Positions 24,201 to 33,891 of a stretch of DNA of 43,781 nt are shown one piece after another (position 1 is the stretch's first letter; every line of letters starts with the position of its first letter). Under the pieces are notes generated by a model, which saw only the letters and a list, made by a program, of their open reading frames with translations, was not told where the DNA came from and did not search any database. The DNA comes from a virus (taxonomy: Duplodnaviria; Heunggongvirae; Uroviricota; Caudoviricetes): IMG/VR virus record IMGVR_UViG_2547132077_000004, positions 1 to 43,781 of that record. One strand, written 5' to 3'. Both the position numbers and the translations under genes were made by a program.

Positions 24201-24655
24201 TACGCCTCCTGCTTGTCGCGGAGCAGCTGGAACTCGCAGCTCTGCGGAATAGTCAGGTGGCAGCCAATATTCACCGCCCAGGCTTCAACCTTACACAGGA
24301 AGACATACATCTCTCCGGTATCAAGATCGGAGGTATGGCGTAACGACTGGATAGTGGTGATATCACCGGTTACGACATCAACCAGGTCTTTGGTTTCATA
24401 ACCGAGATATGTGTGTTTGAGAGCATCTTTTACCCAAGCTGGAGTAGCGAACGTTTTACCCCTGCTGATGAGGTATTCACTGATTTCGCTGTACCACATG
24501 TGGCTGAGTGCATTCTGGGAAAGACTGCGTTTCTCACGCCACGGTTTAAGCACCATGCGAAAGCATTTGCCCTCCTCCAGATAAGGCTGGATCTGCCGAC
24601 CGATAGCGGTGAAGTTACCGCGATGTAATTTGATGCCATCTTGTGGGAGATTCAC
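24200..24655 (-). CDS. NinB/YbcN-like recombination protein
   Basis: 151 aa; position and size match the first gene of the DLP12 nin-like block. Assignment by synteny and length. Confidence 0.5.
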   Translation of the reverse strand: MNLPQDGIKLHRGNFTAIGRQIQPYLEEGKCFRMVLKPWREKRSLSQNALSHMWYSEISEYLISRGKTFATPAWVKDALKHTYLGYETKDLVDVVTGDITTIQSLRHTSDLDTGEMYVFLCKVEAWAVNIGCHLTIPQSCEFQLLRDKQEA

Positions 24656-24842
24656 GCTTCACCTCCGCAGAGGTCAAACGCTGGATACAATATATCGCAG
24701 GTGCATTTCTGCATCTGTGGAGGGAGAAGAGAGTTTGGATTGTGTGTGCGCATAAACGTCCCCGTTTAGCGCAGAAGTCACCGGAGTTGTTCAGGCTCCG
24801 ATGACATGATTATGGCGAGTTGATTATCGCAAATCAAAGGTT

Positions 24843-25199
24843 TTAATTGTGCTTTATTCCTTCAAGCGTTGCCTTCATACCAACCAAAGAAATGTTTAGC
24901 TCTCCAACTTTCTCAGGGCTATATAATTCAGAATGAAGCCAATATTCTGATTTATCTAAACATCTTTTAGCCAGCTCTCGATCAAAGTCTATGACTTGGG
25001 AAGACGCTTCATACCAAAGCCTATAAAGTTTTTCTTCTTCGTTTGGGTTATTAGGCTCACCACGTTTTAATTTTTCAGTATATAAAATTGTTGAATAAAT
25101 CGCAGGAGTTAATCCAGTGATTGCCCTCTGCCGCAGATCGGATTTGTTTGTTATCCACCCCAACAGACGATCTCCCATCCATGTGATAATTGTATCCAT
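24843..25199 (-). CDS. Hypothetical protein, AT-rich, no recognisable domain
   Basis: 118-aa ORF with a 460-bp ORF-free upstream region; composition differs from the lambda core. Confidence 0.4.
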   Translation of the reverse strand: MDTIITWMGDRLLGWITNKSDLRQRAITGLTPAIYSTILYTEKLKRGEPNNPNEEEKLYRLWYEASSQVIDFDRELAKRCLDKSEYWLHSELYSPEKVGELNISLVGMKATLEGIKHN

Positions 25200-25660
25200 G
25201 CTTTAGCCCTTCTTAGTAAATAGTGTGTAGGGCGACTGAAGGACCGAGTTTATGCTTTTTCGCATTGCTTTCAGTTAGTACACCGGTATCGCACCGGAAA
25301 CAATCCTACGGCAAATTGGTTGTCTGACCTCTCGGTTTTTCGTGCATTAACCGATACCCACTACAGTCTCGGCGAAAGCTGCACACCCCCAGGGTGTACT
25401 GGTAGCACTCGGCACAGCCTAGCACGCCACTTTCTTCTCACTATCCAGTCTAATTTTATCCCCTAGTCAGACACTCAGATGTAGTGCTCCGCAGCGGCAT
25501 GCGGGGGAATACAAAAACTCGGACAAAATTGGGCCCTCCTTTTTGAATCACTCGCGGGGATGTAGTTATTAATACATGGAAAAAGATCTGTTTTCAAATC
25601 CAACATTATATGGTTTCAATACCACGGGGTGGCTATGTGTTTCTCATTGTTAATTGGAAT

Positions 25661-25984
25661 CTACTGTAATCGATCCGAACGTAAATGCGGCAAAACTCGA
25701 CTCCACTTATCATCCTGCCACGGCCGGAATTTTACATGTGCCGTTTCTCTGGCAAGGATTGCCTGTGCCTTATTGAGTATCTGGGGATATTCTTGCTCGA
25801 TAGAAGTGAAGCGACCAGCTTCACGATGCTCCGCAACCTGAAGAAGAGGAGTAACGTTCTGGTAGGTAATTAACATCACATTCCCTGCTCGCCATAACCA
25901 GGCGAGTGTGCAAAGTTCGTTATCAGTGAATTGTTTTGTGATTGGGTATTGTTGAACTGCTAGAACGAGAACGCCAGCATCCAT
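25661..25984 (-). CDS. Hypothetical protein, possibly a gene remnant
   Basis: 107-aa ORF with no recognisable motif beside a stretch with no ORF of 60 aa or more. Confidence 0.3.
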   Translation of the reverse strand: MDAGVLVLAVQQYPITKQFTDNELCTLAWLWRAGNVMLITYQNVTPLLQVAEHREAGRFTSIEQEYPQILNKAQAILARETAHVKFRPWQDDKWSRVLPHLRSDRLQ

Positions 25985-26095
25985 TGGCAGTCTCTATAGT
26001 AAAACCATAGCTCAGGACGCTTCGTTCAGGATAGATAATTTTATTGTACTTACCTAACTTTCTTACTATAGCACGGTTGAAAAAGTGATTATTAC

Positions 26096-27622
26096 TCAAA
26101 AATAAACCTCACCATCAACCATATATTTGAGAGTACTTATCGCCTGCTGGGCGGATATTGTTTTCATTAAAGGATAGTGTTTAAAAACAATGCCATTCAT
26201 AAAATAGATATCACAGGTTTTATTATCTGTATTGATTATGATTTTTTCGAATGTTTTATAGGCAAGTGTACGACATAGCTCTCGCCCATTTTTACTGGTT
26301 AAGTCAATAGCATGAAAATCACCAAGTGAACTCACCGCTTTACTCTTCAAAGTTTTTAATGATACAGAAGCCCTTCGTAATTCCTTATCTAATACTCTGA
26401 TTTTTTCTGCTATAGCGGTAACTTCAGGCGCAACAGATAATGCAGCAATTAAATTATTAATTTTCATCTGGAGCTCAATAATTTTCAACTCTAAAGTTTC
26501 ATTAGCATCTTTCTTGTTTTCAACTGGTTGGATTTTACTACAATTAAAAAGCAACTCATTAATGATATTATAATCAACCAAATCTCTCTTTATTGATGGC
26601 CTGTCACATCGATGCAGTCTTCTCATCGGACAAACATAATAGCCATACAAACTTCCAGATACCGCATGAACAATCATGGTATTACCACAAGCCTCGCACT
26701 TCATAACTGTTCGAAGTAGATTTATCAACATAGGATTTTTGCTACTATTGCTAATACCAAAAGGTGCCAACCGAATTTCCTGTACAGCGTAAAACAAATC
26801 ATCTGATATGACTCTGGGATAATAGCCAGCGATTTCACTTATTCCTTTACCTCTTGCACGATATGAAGGTACGCATATACCTATCAGAGCTTTATTCGCT
26901 AATAATTTTTCAATTACAGAAGGTCCCCATGCACTTTCTTTTCCTGAGAAATTCTTTACAGCATGATCATTTAAATACTTGGCTATTGCATTCAATGAGC
27001 GCCTTTCCATCCTGAGTTTAAAAATTAGCTCAATAGTTTTCACCCTGTCGGGGTCTGGAACAAAAGCCGTTCTTTTGTCATCTAAGGAGAGCCATCTCGG
27101 ACAAGACGCCGTCATAATCGTACCTGATTCCAGTGCATCCTGCCGTTTTTTCTTCCATGATAATTTAACCCGACTTGACTTTATCTCGCTTTCTTCATTT
27201 GCCCTTTGTGCTATAAGTATGGCTTTTATTAATGAATATGGCTCATTCAAAGAGTCAATATTATAGACTGTATTGTCGCAAAGAGTTATAACATCAATAC
27301 CGTGATTCAAAATCAATTTCAGACGTTCAATCGCTTCACCGACTTTTTCTCTTGAAAGTCTGTCCAGACTTTCAACTAACAATGTAGTTCCTGGCAATAT
27401 ATAACCATGCTCTATAGCATCTAAAAATTCCGAAAAAGCTCCTGATTGTGCATGCTTTCCTTTGAATGCACTTAATCCTAAATCTTCATATGTTATGGTA
27501 TCAAGATAATAATCACTATTTACCTTTAACCATTCAGCAATAAGTCTTCTCTGTCGGTTTAATGAGTCGCCAGACATCTGACCTGGTGATGAAAATCGCA
27601 TATATGCTATGGCTTTTTTCAT
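26096..27622 (-). CDS. Large serine recombinase (YbcK-like)
   Basis: 508 aa; N-terminal resolvase catalytic domain (IAYMRFSSPGQ, nucleophile Ser), recombinase domain, Cys-rich zinc-ribbon (CEACGN...C..C) and C-terminal coiled coil; AT-rich. Confidence 0.8.
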   Translation of the reverse strand: MKKAIAYMRFSSPGQMSGDSLNRQRRLIAEWLKVNSDYYLDTITYEDLGLSAFKGKHAQSGAFSEFLDAIEHGYILPGTTLLVESLDRLSREKVGEAIERLKLILNHGIDVITLCDNTVYNIDSLNEPYSLIKAILIAQRANEESEIKSSRVKLSWKKKRQDALESGTIMTASCPRWLSLDDKRTAFVPDPDRVKTIELIFKLRMERRSLNAIAKYLNDHAVKNFSGKESAWGPSVIEKLLANKALIGICVPSYRARGKGISEIAGYYPRVISDDLFYAVQEIRLAPFGISNSSKNPMLINLLRTVMKCEACGNTMIVHAVSGSLYGYYVCPMRRLHRCDRPSIKRDLVDYNIINELLFNCSKIQPVENKKDANETLELKIIELQMKINNLIAALSVAPEVTAIAEKIRVLDKELRRASVSLKTLKSKAVSSLGDFHAIDLTSKNGRELCRTLAYKTFEKIIINTDNKTCDIYFMNGIVFKHYPLMKTISAQQAISTLKYMVDGEVYF

Positions 27623-27805
27623 GGTGACACCTGCTAACGTATGCTTTTATAAACCTTAGTGGTGGGATATAATTTTTGTTTAATTTTTATTTAAAAAGAC
27701 AATTAAGGTCACATTATCTTGAATATACAACAATAATCGTATTGCAATTTTCTTACGCCATAATCTTGAAAGCACAAAAGAATACATAAAAAAATAAAGA
27801 CATTA

Positions 27806-27847
27806 ACAAAAAGCATAAAACGAGGCTCATATAAATATAAGAGCCTC
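27806..27847 (-). terminator. Rho-independent terminator downstream of emrE
   Basis: Inverted repeat GAGGCTC(27822-27828)/GAGCCTC(27841-27847); on the minus strand followed by a T-rich tract. Confidence 0.5.
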
Positions 27848-27878
27848 CATATTTTAGTCGTTTAGAAACAAATTATTT

Positions 27879-28211
27879 TTAATGTGGTGTGCTTCGTGAC
27901 AATAAATTAATAACCAACACACCGGCACAAATCAACATCATGCCTATAATGGCTGGCAGGTCCAGCCGTTGGCCGAAAAGTCCCCATGACAGTAAGCTAA
28001 TCAGGACAATACCGACTCCTGACCAGATAGCATAAGCAATCCCTGTAGGAATATAAGCCAGCGTCTGAGCTAATAACCAGAATGATGCACAATAACAAAT
28101 AATTGTACCAACAGATGGCCATAACCGTGTAAAACCTTCTGAAAACTTCATTAAGGTTGTACCAATGACCTCTGCAAGTATTGCACCACCAAGATAAATA
28201 TAAGGGTTCAT
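27879..28211 (-). CDS. emrE: Small multidrug resistance (SMR) efflux protein EmrE
   Basis: 110 aa from MNPYIYLGGAILAEVIGTTLMKFSEGF, with the conserved membrane-embedded Glu; near-identical to E. coli EmrE as I recall it. The ORF-track start at 28265 is an upstream extension. Confidence 0.9.
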   Translation of the reverse strand: MNPYIYLGGAILAEVIGTTLMKFSEGFTRLWPSVGTIICYCASFWLLAQTLAYIPTGIAYAIWSGVGIVLISLLSWGLFGQRLDLPAIIGMMLICAGVLVINLLSRSTPH

Positions 28212-28278
28212 AGAATATTCTTTCCTGTTCAAACTGGAGAGAATTGTACTACAGTTTGAACTCAACTCACCTGTTTCA

Positions 28279-28581
28279 TCATTGTGTACCCATTGATGTT
28301 CTTTTATATACCCTCAATACCCGTTTCATCGCGGCACTCTGGCGACACTCCTTAAAAATCAGATTCGTGCTCACCTTTCCTTCCCGTTCTTCTCTGGTAG
28401 CAAACCGGTAATACACCGTTCGCCAGACCTTACCTTCGATAGCCAGAAGACCTGCCCGTGCCATTTTAGCCGCAGCCTGATTTATGCTGGTTACCGTTGC
28501 GCCTGTTACCGCGGCAACGTCCTGCGCACAGAATTTCTTATGAGTCCCCAGGTAATGAATAATTGCCTCTTTGCCCGTCAT
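28279..28581 (-). CDS. ren: Ren protein
   Basis: 100 aa beginning MTGKEAIIHYLGTH, close to lambda Ren; directly downstream of P. Confidence 0.8.
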   Translation of the reverse strand: MTGKEAIIHYLGTHKKFCAQDVAAVTGATVTSINQAAAKMARAGLLAIEGKVWRTVYYRFATREEREGKVSTNLIFKECRQSAAMKRVLRVYKRTSMGTQ

Positions 28582-29279
28582 ACCCTTGCTCCTTTCAGCC
28601 CAAACTTAGCTTTGATTTCTGCGATCTTCGCCAGAGCCTGTGCACGATTTAGAGGTCTACCGCCCATGACAGGAAGTTGTTTTACTGGTTCAGGTATAGC
28701 CTCACCACGGTTAATTCGTGCGGTCATACAGGACAGTTCATCGGCAGCCTTGCGCCGTAATTCCGCGTCAGTCAACGCATTGGCCCGCATGTTCTGATAC
28801 AGGTTGGTAACCAGCCAGTAGTGCGCGTTTGATTTCCACGGATAAGACTCTGCATCCGGATACAGCCCGCGCTTCCGGCAATACTCGTAAACCATATCAA
28901 CCAGCTCGCTGGCGTTTGGCAGCCCGGCGGTAACGGATGCTTCTTCCCGGCACCAGGCGACAAACTGCCCGGGTGATGGCAGGAATGGTCGATTCTGCCG
29001 ACGGGCTACGCGCATTCCAGCGTTAACCTGTTCCATTGTGGTGATCCCGTTTTCCCGAAAAGCCAGCACCCACTGGCGGCGGATTTCGTTCAGTTCATTC
29101 TGGTCACGGTTAGCCAGGCTCGCCGGGAAAGTTGCCAGTAACTGGCTGAACACACCGTTGATGATCTGCGCTACCTGCTGTACCTGCGGCTTTTCGTCGT
29201 ACTGTTCCGACATGTTGTTGGCGATCCGACGCATCTGCTCACGGTCAAAGTTAACCATCTGTGCGGCGATGTTTTTCAT
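28578..29279 (-). CDS. P: Replication protein P (DnaB helicase loader)
   Basis: 233 aa, near-identical to lambda P as I recall it (MKNIAAQMVNFDREQMRRIANNM...). Confidence 0.9.
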   Translation of the reverse strand: MKNIAAQMVNFDREQMRRIANNMSEQYDEKPQVQQVAQIINGVFSQLLATFPASLANRDQNELNEIRRQWVLAFRENGITTMEQVNAGMRVARRQNRPFLPSPGQFVAWCREEASVTAGLPNASELVDMVYEYCRKRGLYPDAESYPWKSNAHYWLVTNLYQNMRANALTDAELRRKAADELSCMTARINRGEAIPEPVKQLPVMGGRPLNRAQALAKIAEIKAKFGLKGARV

Positions 29280-30295
29280 AAATCCACCCCGTAAATCCAG
29301 TCAGTGTTTGTCAGGTCGAGTTTTGGTTTGCTGGCTATCATGCCTGCCTGTTGCTTGTTACGGTTGATTTCGAGTTGGGTCCACTTGTCGCGGAGTTTGG
29401 CCGGACTTAGCACGTTACCGGACCAGAAGTTGTCCTGGCATGCCCAGCGGAAAAGCACGCACATGTCGCGGTGGTTACGTCCGTCACGTTCACGCATCAG
29501 GCGGATATCGTTAGCCCACCCTGCAAAATTCGGTTTTCTGGCTGATGGTGCGATGGTCTTCACCATGTCAAACATCCACTCTGCGGCGGTCAGGTCTTCT
29601 GCTGTCCCCCACTTGCTGCCGCTCTGAATTGCAGCATCTGGTTTCACCACAGGAAGATCGTTTTCTGGTTGGTCAGAGGATTCGCCAGAATTCTCGGACG
29701 AAAAAGGTTTTATATTGTCTTTTGTTAGTTTGTCTTTTGTGTTTACCTGATTCGGGTAAACGCCTTTACCTGATTTGGGTAAACTTTTCTTACCTGATTC
29801 AGGTAAATTTACCTCTTTCAGGTAAACTTTATTTTTCTTACCTGATTCGGGTAATGTTGACCATTCACTGACCACATTATTAATACCGATATTCCGCCCG
29901 CTCTGAATCAAAATCCCACGCTTTACTAGAACACTTTTTGCAGCAGAACACTTGTGCGGTAATATCCCGGTCAATCCGGACAGTTGCTCGTTGCTCACCC
30001 AATCCAGTTTTTTATTAAAGCCATATGTTTTGCGCATGACAGCCAGGAAGACCAGAAGCTGGTGCTGTGTTAATCCGGCCAGCATCACAGCTTCCAGCAA
30101 CTCATTTGCAATGCGCGTATAACCATCATCGAGATCTGCCACGCGCGGCTCCTTTTGTGCCGCATCCGGCACTGGAAAATTGAATATCTCAGCAGTGTTT
30201 GCCATAATTCCTCCCGCAATGAGTGTGTTACGATTTGCACCTGAAAGTCGGTTCTGTTCCAGCAGACCGGCTTTCGCCATTTCTGAACCTGTCAT
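29276..30295 (-). CDS. O: Replication initiator O with ori iterons inside the coding sequence
   Basis: 339 aa; central LPESGKK repeats encoded by the iterons; C-terminal domain lambda-O-like; gene order cro/cII-position/O/P. Confidence 0.8.
   Translation of the reverse strand: MTGSEMAKAGLLEQNRLSGANRNTLIAGGIMANTAEIFNFPVPDAAQKEPRVADLDDGYTRIANELLEAVMLAGLTQHQLLVFLAVMRKTYGFNKKLDWVSNEQLSGLTGILPHKCSAAKSVLVKRGILIQSGRNIGINNVVSEWSTLPESGKKNKVYLKEVNLPESGKKSLPKSGKGVYPNQVNTKDKLTKDNIKPFSSENSGESSDQPENDLPVVKPDAAIQSGSKWGTAEDLTAAEWMFDMVKTIAPSARKPNFAGWANDIRLMRERDGRNHRDMCVLFRWACQDNFWSGNVLSPAKLRDKWTQLEINRNKQQAGMIASKPKLDLTNTDWIYGVDL
29744..29854. repeat. Replication origin iterons (4-5 copies of TTACCTGATTCGGGTAA-like 17-mers) with an adjacent AT-rich tract (29701-29743)
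   Basis: Direct repeats at about 29744, 29766, 29790, 29808 (variant) and 29838 inside O, the lambda ori architecture. Confidence 0.75.
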
Positions 30296-30831
30296 ATCGC
30301 CCCCAGCATGGTAGTAACCATCGCCATCAATGGACCAGCCAGATCTGGGTCCACACGAAACATCGATACAATACCTTCACTAATTTCCTTCAGTTTCTGG
30401 TGGCGTGGTGCGTTGAGAATGACAGCCTGTTTTGCCTCACTGAGTTCCTTTTCCATTTCAGCCAACCTGGCCATGAAGCTATCCTGCTCAACCAGGTAAC
30501 CGCGATATTCCAGCGGTAGTACCGCCAGAATTGCCGGGGTCAGTTCACGCACGTTATTTCGGTATTTTTCAGAATCGAATTTGTTATCGAGGAAGCGGAA
30601 CAGCTTCTGGCGTGCACGGCTGACATCATCAGGGAAATCGATGGTGCCGCCGCCCTGCTCCCGATACTCATTCACAATGAGTGTGGCAACGACATCCTGA
30701 TTATCTACAGCCGACCAGGCGCGGACGGCATCACGGATTTTTTCGTGGCCTGGCACCTGTTTTGTTTGAGAACGATTTATCACCGCAGTCGGGCTAAATC
30801 CGCTAGTCTGTTGGTATGGAAGTGGTTGCAT
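30292..30831 (-). CDS. Early protein at the cII position, unknown family (not lambda cII)
   Basis: 179 aa between cro-like and O; far longer than the 97-aa lambda cII and no resemblance to it. Confidence 0.4.
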   Translation of the reverse strand: MQPLPYQQTSGFSPTAVINRSQTKQVPGHEKIRDAVRAWSAVDNQDVVATLIVNEYREQGGGTIDFPDDVSRARQKLFRFLDNKFDSEKYRNNVRELTPAILAVLPLEYRGYLVEQDSFMARLAEMEKELSEAKQAVILNAPRHQKLKEISEGIVSMFRVDPDLAGPLMAMVTTMLGAI

Positions 30832-30900
30832 AATTGACTCCTTTAGTTTGAATTGACTGTTAAGTTGATTGCTTATTGTTAAAGAGCGTGAAATGGAAAT

Positions 30901-31131
30901 TTAAGCTGCGTTCTTTTCGGTGTGTGGAAACAACTTCGGAAGATCCGGGCGAATCTGGTATGCCTTCACTACTCCACCAGTAGCCGTAACAATGCTGCCG
31001 ACATGTTCAGGGGATACCTTTGCTTTGTTGTGAAGCCACTTATAGACGGCCTGCTGTGAAACTTCGCAAGCAGCGCCCAGTTTCTTTTGTGAACCAACGA
31101 TATTGATCGCTGTTTTGATAGCTGGGTTCAT
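30901..31131 (-). CDS. Cro-like HTH repressor
   Basis: 76 aa; HTH (LGAACEVSQQAVYKWL); divergent from the cI-like gene across an operator-bearing intergenic region. Confidence 0.6.
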   Translation of the reverse strand: MNPAIKTAINIVGSQKKLGAACEVSQQAVYKWLHNKAKVSPEHVGSIVTATGGVVKAYQIRPDLPKLFPHTEKNAA

Positions 31132-31235
31132 AACAACCTCCGTGGTTAATTTGAATCAAGATTAAAACTATGGTTGTTTTTAGTCAACAACCATTTTCGT
31201 TTGATGGAATAAAACCTTGGTTGTACATTTGGACT
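31132..31235. promoter_or_regulatory. Immunity-region divergent promoter/operator (oR, pR/pRM analogue)
   Basis: Intergenic region with reiterated ATGGTTG/CAACCAT half-sites in inverted orientation (aactATGGTTGtttttagtCAACAACCATttt). Confidence 0.5.
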
Positions 31236-31925
31236 ATGAAAACAACACTCTCAGAAAGACTTAAAGAAGCCAGATTAGCGCGAGGCCTTACACAAAAGGC
31301 GCTTGGGGATTTGGTCGGGGTTAGCCAGGCTGCTATTCAGAAAATCGAAACAGGGAAAGCTAATCAAACAACTAAAATCGTGGAGATCGCGAACGCTTTG
31401 GGTGTGCGCGCAGAATGGTTATCTTCTGGCGTTGGAAATATGTCAGACAGTACAGTGCAACCAATACAATCAACTGTCAGCCATTCCAAATACTTCAAGA
31501 TTGACGTTCTTGATATAGAAGTCAGTGCTGGGCCGGGAGTCATCAACCGTGAGTTTGTAGAAGTTCTACGCTCGGTTGAGTACTCGTTTGACGATGCTCG
31601 TCACATGTTCGATGGTAGGAAGGCGGAAAATATCCGCATCATTAACGTGCGTGGTGACAGCATGTCAGGAACGATCGAACCAGGTGATCTGCTGTTCGTT
31701 GATATCACAGTTAAATCTTTCGACGGTGATGGTATCTATGCGTTTCTGTACGACGACACAGCCCATGTAAAGCGCCTGCAAATGATGAAGGATAAGCTGC
31801 TGGTCATCTCTGATAACAAAAGCTACTCACCGTGGGACCCGATCGAGAAAGACGAGATGAACCGGGTGTTCATCTTCGGTAAGGTTATTGGGAGCATGCC
31901 GCAGACATATAGGAAGCATGGGTAG
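31236..31925 (+). CDS. cI-type prophage repressor (XRE HTH plus S24 LexA-like peptidase domain)
   Basis: From MKTTLSERLKEARL: HTH (LTQKALGDLVGVSQAAIQKIE) and C-terminal Ser/Lys dyad (VRGDSMSG ... HVKRLQ); the ORF-track start at 31170 is an extension. Confidence 0.8.
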   Translation: MKTTLSERLKEARLARGLTQKALGDLVGVSQAAIQKIETGKANQTTKIVEIANALGVRAEWLSSGVGNMSDSTVQPIQSTVSHSKYFKIDVLDIEVSAGPGVINREFVEVLRSVEYSFDDARHMFDGRKAENIRIINVRGDSMSGTIEPGDLLFVDITVKSFDGDGIYAFLYDDTAHVKRLQMMKDKLLVISDNKSYSPWDPIEKDEMNRVFIFGKVIGSMPQTYRKHG

Positions 31926-32046
31926 TACCAATTAAAAATTATCAACTGGGCATTGTGCTCATTCAGTAAAGAACTAATTCCTATCTTTGCTCTAGGTAGT
32001 AATATTAAGCCACCGCAATAATATCTTTACCTAACGGCGTAAGAAT

Positions 32047-32073
32047 CCCGGTCACCGTGCCGGGTTTTCTTTT
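32047..32073 (+). terminator. Rho-independent terminator downstream of the repressor gene
   Basis: CCCGG(32047-32051), loop TCACCGTG, CCGGG(32060-32064), then TTTTCTTTT. Confidence 0.5.
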
Positions 32074-32316
32074 GCCCTCCCCTCATCACACACACCGTTA
32101 AAAAAACCACCATAACCTCGCTTCAGTTATCGCTATGCGATTCAAGTCACAAAATAAATCCATCCTAAATACAACCAGTTATATCTAAAACAACCAATAA
32201 AACAACTTTTGTTGTTGACGATAAAACAACTATAGTTTTAAATAAGTTCATCGCAACAACACAACGATACGGCAACTACCTGATTCACCGTTGCGATGAC
32301 CGCTTAGATCCGCAGT

Positions 32317-32727
32317 TTGAATTTCAGCAGGCTTCGGGGAGTGCGAGGGGTGAAACGGACGCGTGAACGTCGGTGTGACCAGCTGAAATTAACTCAACAT
32401 TTCATACCTCAGTCGCTTCAACGAGGCGGCTTAGTTATGACAACCGGCGGCCATCCACCGCCTGAATATGCGCAGAAGTCTCTATATGTTCAGCAGCCCA
32501 GCTTACGGGCAGGAGTTTTTATGGTTCATCAACATTACGGAACACAGACCGTTAATCGCGGCGCGGTCATGCCAGGAATGCTGGTCAAACACAAAGATGG
32601 TACCTGGACTGCATCAGCTAATTTACGCGGACGGCTTTATCTGCATCGCGGCATCGAGCGCACTTATACCAGTGATTTGCTCGTGGAAGTTTTTCTCGAC
32701 GGACGCGGTAACGGCCTGAATCACTAA
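32317..32727 (+). CDS. ORF at the N (early antiterminator) position with an N-terminal Arg-rich motif; identity uncertain
   Basis: 136-aa ORF downstream of a promoter/operator-like region (TTGACG ... repeats at about 32180-32250); N-terminus RLRGVRGVKRTRERR could be an RNA-binding arginine-rich motif, but nothing else resembles lambda N. Confidence 0.3.
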   Translation: MNFSRLRGVRGVKRTRERRCDQLKLTQHFIPQSLQRGGLVMTTGGHPPPEYAQKSLYVQQPSLRAGVFMVHQHYGTQTVNRGAVMPGMLVKHKDGTWTASANLRGRLYLHRGIERTYTSDLLVEVFLDGRGNGLNH

Positions 32728-32803
32728 CCCCCCTTTCCTGTTTTCCTAATCAGCCTGGCATTTCGCGGGCGATATTTTCACAGCCATTTTCAGGAGTTCA
32801 GCC

Positions 32804-33100
32804 ATGAACGCTTATTACATTCAGGATCGTCTTGAGGCTCAGAGCTGGACGCGTCACTACCAGCAGATCGCCCGTGAAGAGAAAGAGGCAGAACTGGCAG
32901 ACAACATGGAAAAAGGTCTGCCCCAGCACCTGTTTGAATCACTCTGCATCGATCATTTACAACGCCACGGGGCCAGCAAAAAAGCCATTACCCGTGCGTT
33001 TGATGACGATGTTGAGTTTCAGGAGCGCATGGCAGAACACATCCGGTACATGGTTGAAACCATTGCTCACCACCAGGTTGATATTGATTCAGAGGTATAA
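32804..33100 (+). CDS. gam: Gam, host RecBCD inhibitor
   Basis: 98 aa, matches lambda GamS ([32 protein letters not shown]...). Confidence 0.85.
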   Translation: MNAYYIQDRLEAQSWTRHYQQIAREEKEAELADNMEKGLPQHLFESLCIDHLQRHGASKKAITRAFDDDVEFQERMAEHIRYMVETIAHHQVDIDSEV

Positions 33101-33105
33101 AACGG

Positions 33106-33891
33106 ATGAGTACAGCACTCGCAACGCTGGCTGGGAAGCTGGCTGAACGTGTCGGCATGGATTCTGTCGACCCACAGGAACTGATCACCACTCTTCGCCA
33201 GACGGCATTTAAAGGTGATGCCAGCGATGCGCAGTTCATCGCATTACTGATCGTTGCCAACCAGTACGGCCTTAATCCATGGACGAAAGAAATTTACGCC
33301 TTTCCTGATAAGCAGAATGGCATCGTTCCGGTGGTGGGCGTTGATGGCTGGTCCCGCATCATCAATGAAAACCAGCAGTTTGATGGTATGGACTTTGAGC
33401 AGGACAATGAATCCTGCACATGCCGGATTTACCGCAAGGACCGCAATCATCCGATCTGCGTTACCGAGTGGATGGATGAATGCCGCCGCGAACCATTCAA
33501 AACTCGCGAAGGCAGAGAAATCACGGGGCCGTGGCAGTCGCATCCCAAACGGATGTTACGGCATAAAGCCATGATTCAGTGTGCCCGTCTGGCCTTCGGA
33601 TTTGCTGGTATCTATGACAAGGATGAAGCCGAGCGCATTGTCGAAAATACTGCATACACTGCAGAACGTCAGCCAGAACGCGACATCACTCCGGTTAACG
33701 ATGAAACCATGCAGGAGATTAACACTCTGCTGATCGCCCTGGATAAAACATGGGATGACGACTTATTGCCGCTCTGTTCCCAGATATTTCGCCGCGACAT
33801 TCGTGCATCGTCAGAACTGACACAGGCCGAAGCAGTGAAAGCTCTTGGATTCCTGAAACAGAAAGCCACTGAGCAGAAGGTGGCAGCATGA
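33106..33891 (+). CDS. bet: Bet (Red-beta) single-strand annealing protein
   Basis: 261 aa, matches lambda Bet essentially throughout as I recall it. Confidence 0.9.
   Translation: MSTALATLAGKLAERVGMDSVDPQELITTLRQTAFKGDASDAQFIALLIVANQYGLNPWTKEIYAFPDKQNGIVPVVGVDGWSRIINENQQFDGMDFEQDNESCTCRIYRKDRNHPICVTEWMDECRREPFKTREGREITGPWQSHPKRMLRHKAMIQCARLAFGFAGIYDKDEAERIVENTAYTAERQPERDITPVNDETMQEINTLLIALDKTWDDDLLPLCSQIFRRDIRASSELTQAEAVKALGFLKQKATEQKVAA

Noticed and set aside
27623-27878. Possible IS element or terminal inverted repeats around the emrE/serine recombinase block
   Set aside because: I could not find convincing terminal inverted repeats or a transposase; the AT-rich intergenic sequence looks like promoter and terminator DNA.
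31170-31235. N-terminal 22-codon extension of the repressor ORF (MVVFSQQPFSFDG...)
   Set aside because: The extension covers the operator/promoter repeats; the HTH begins right after the internal Met at 31236, the more plausible start.
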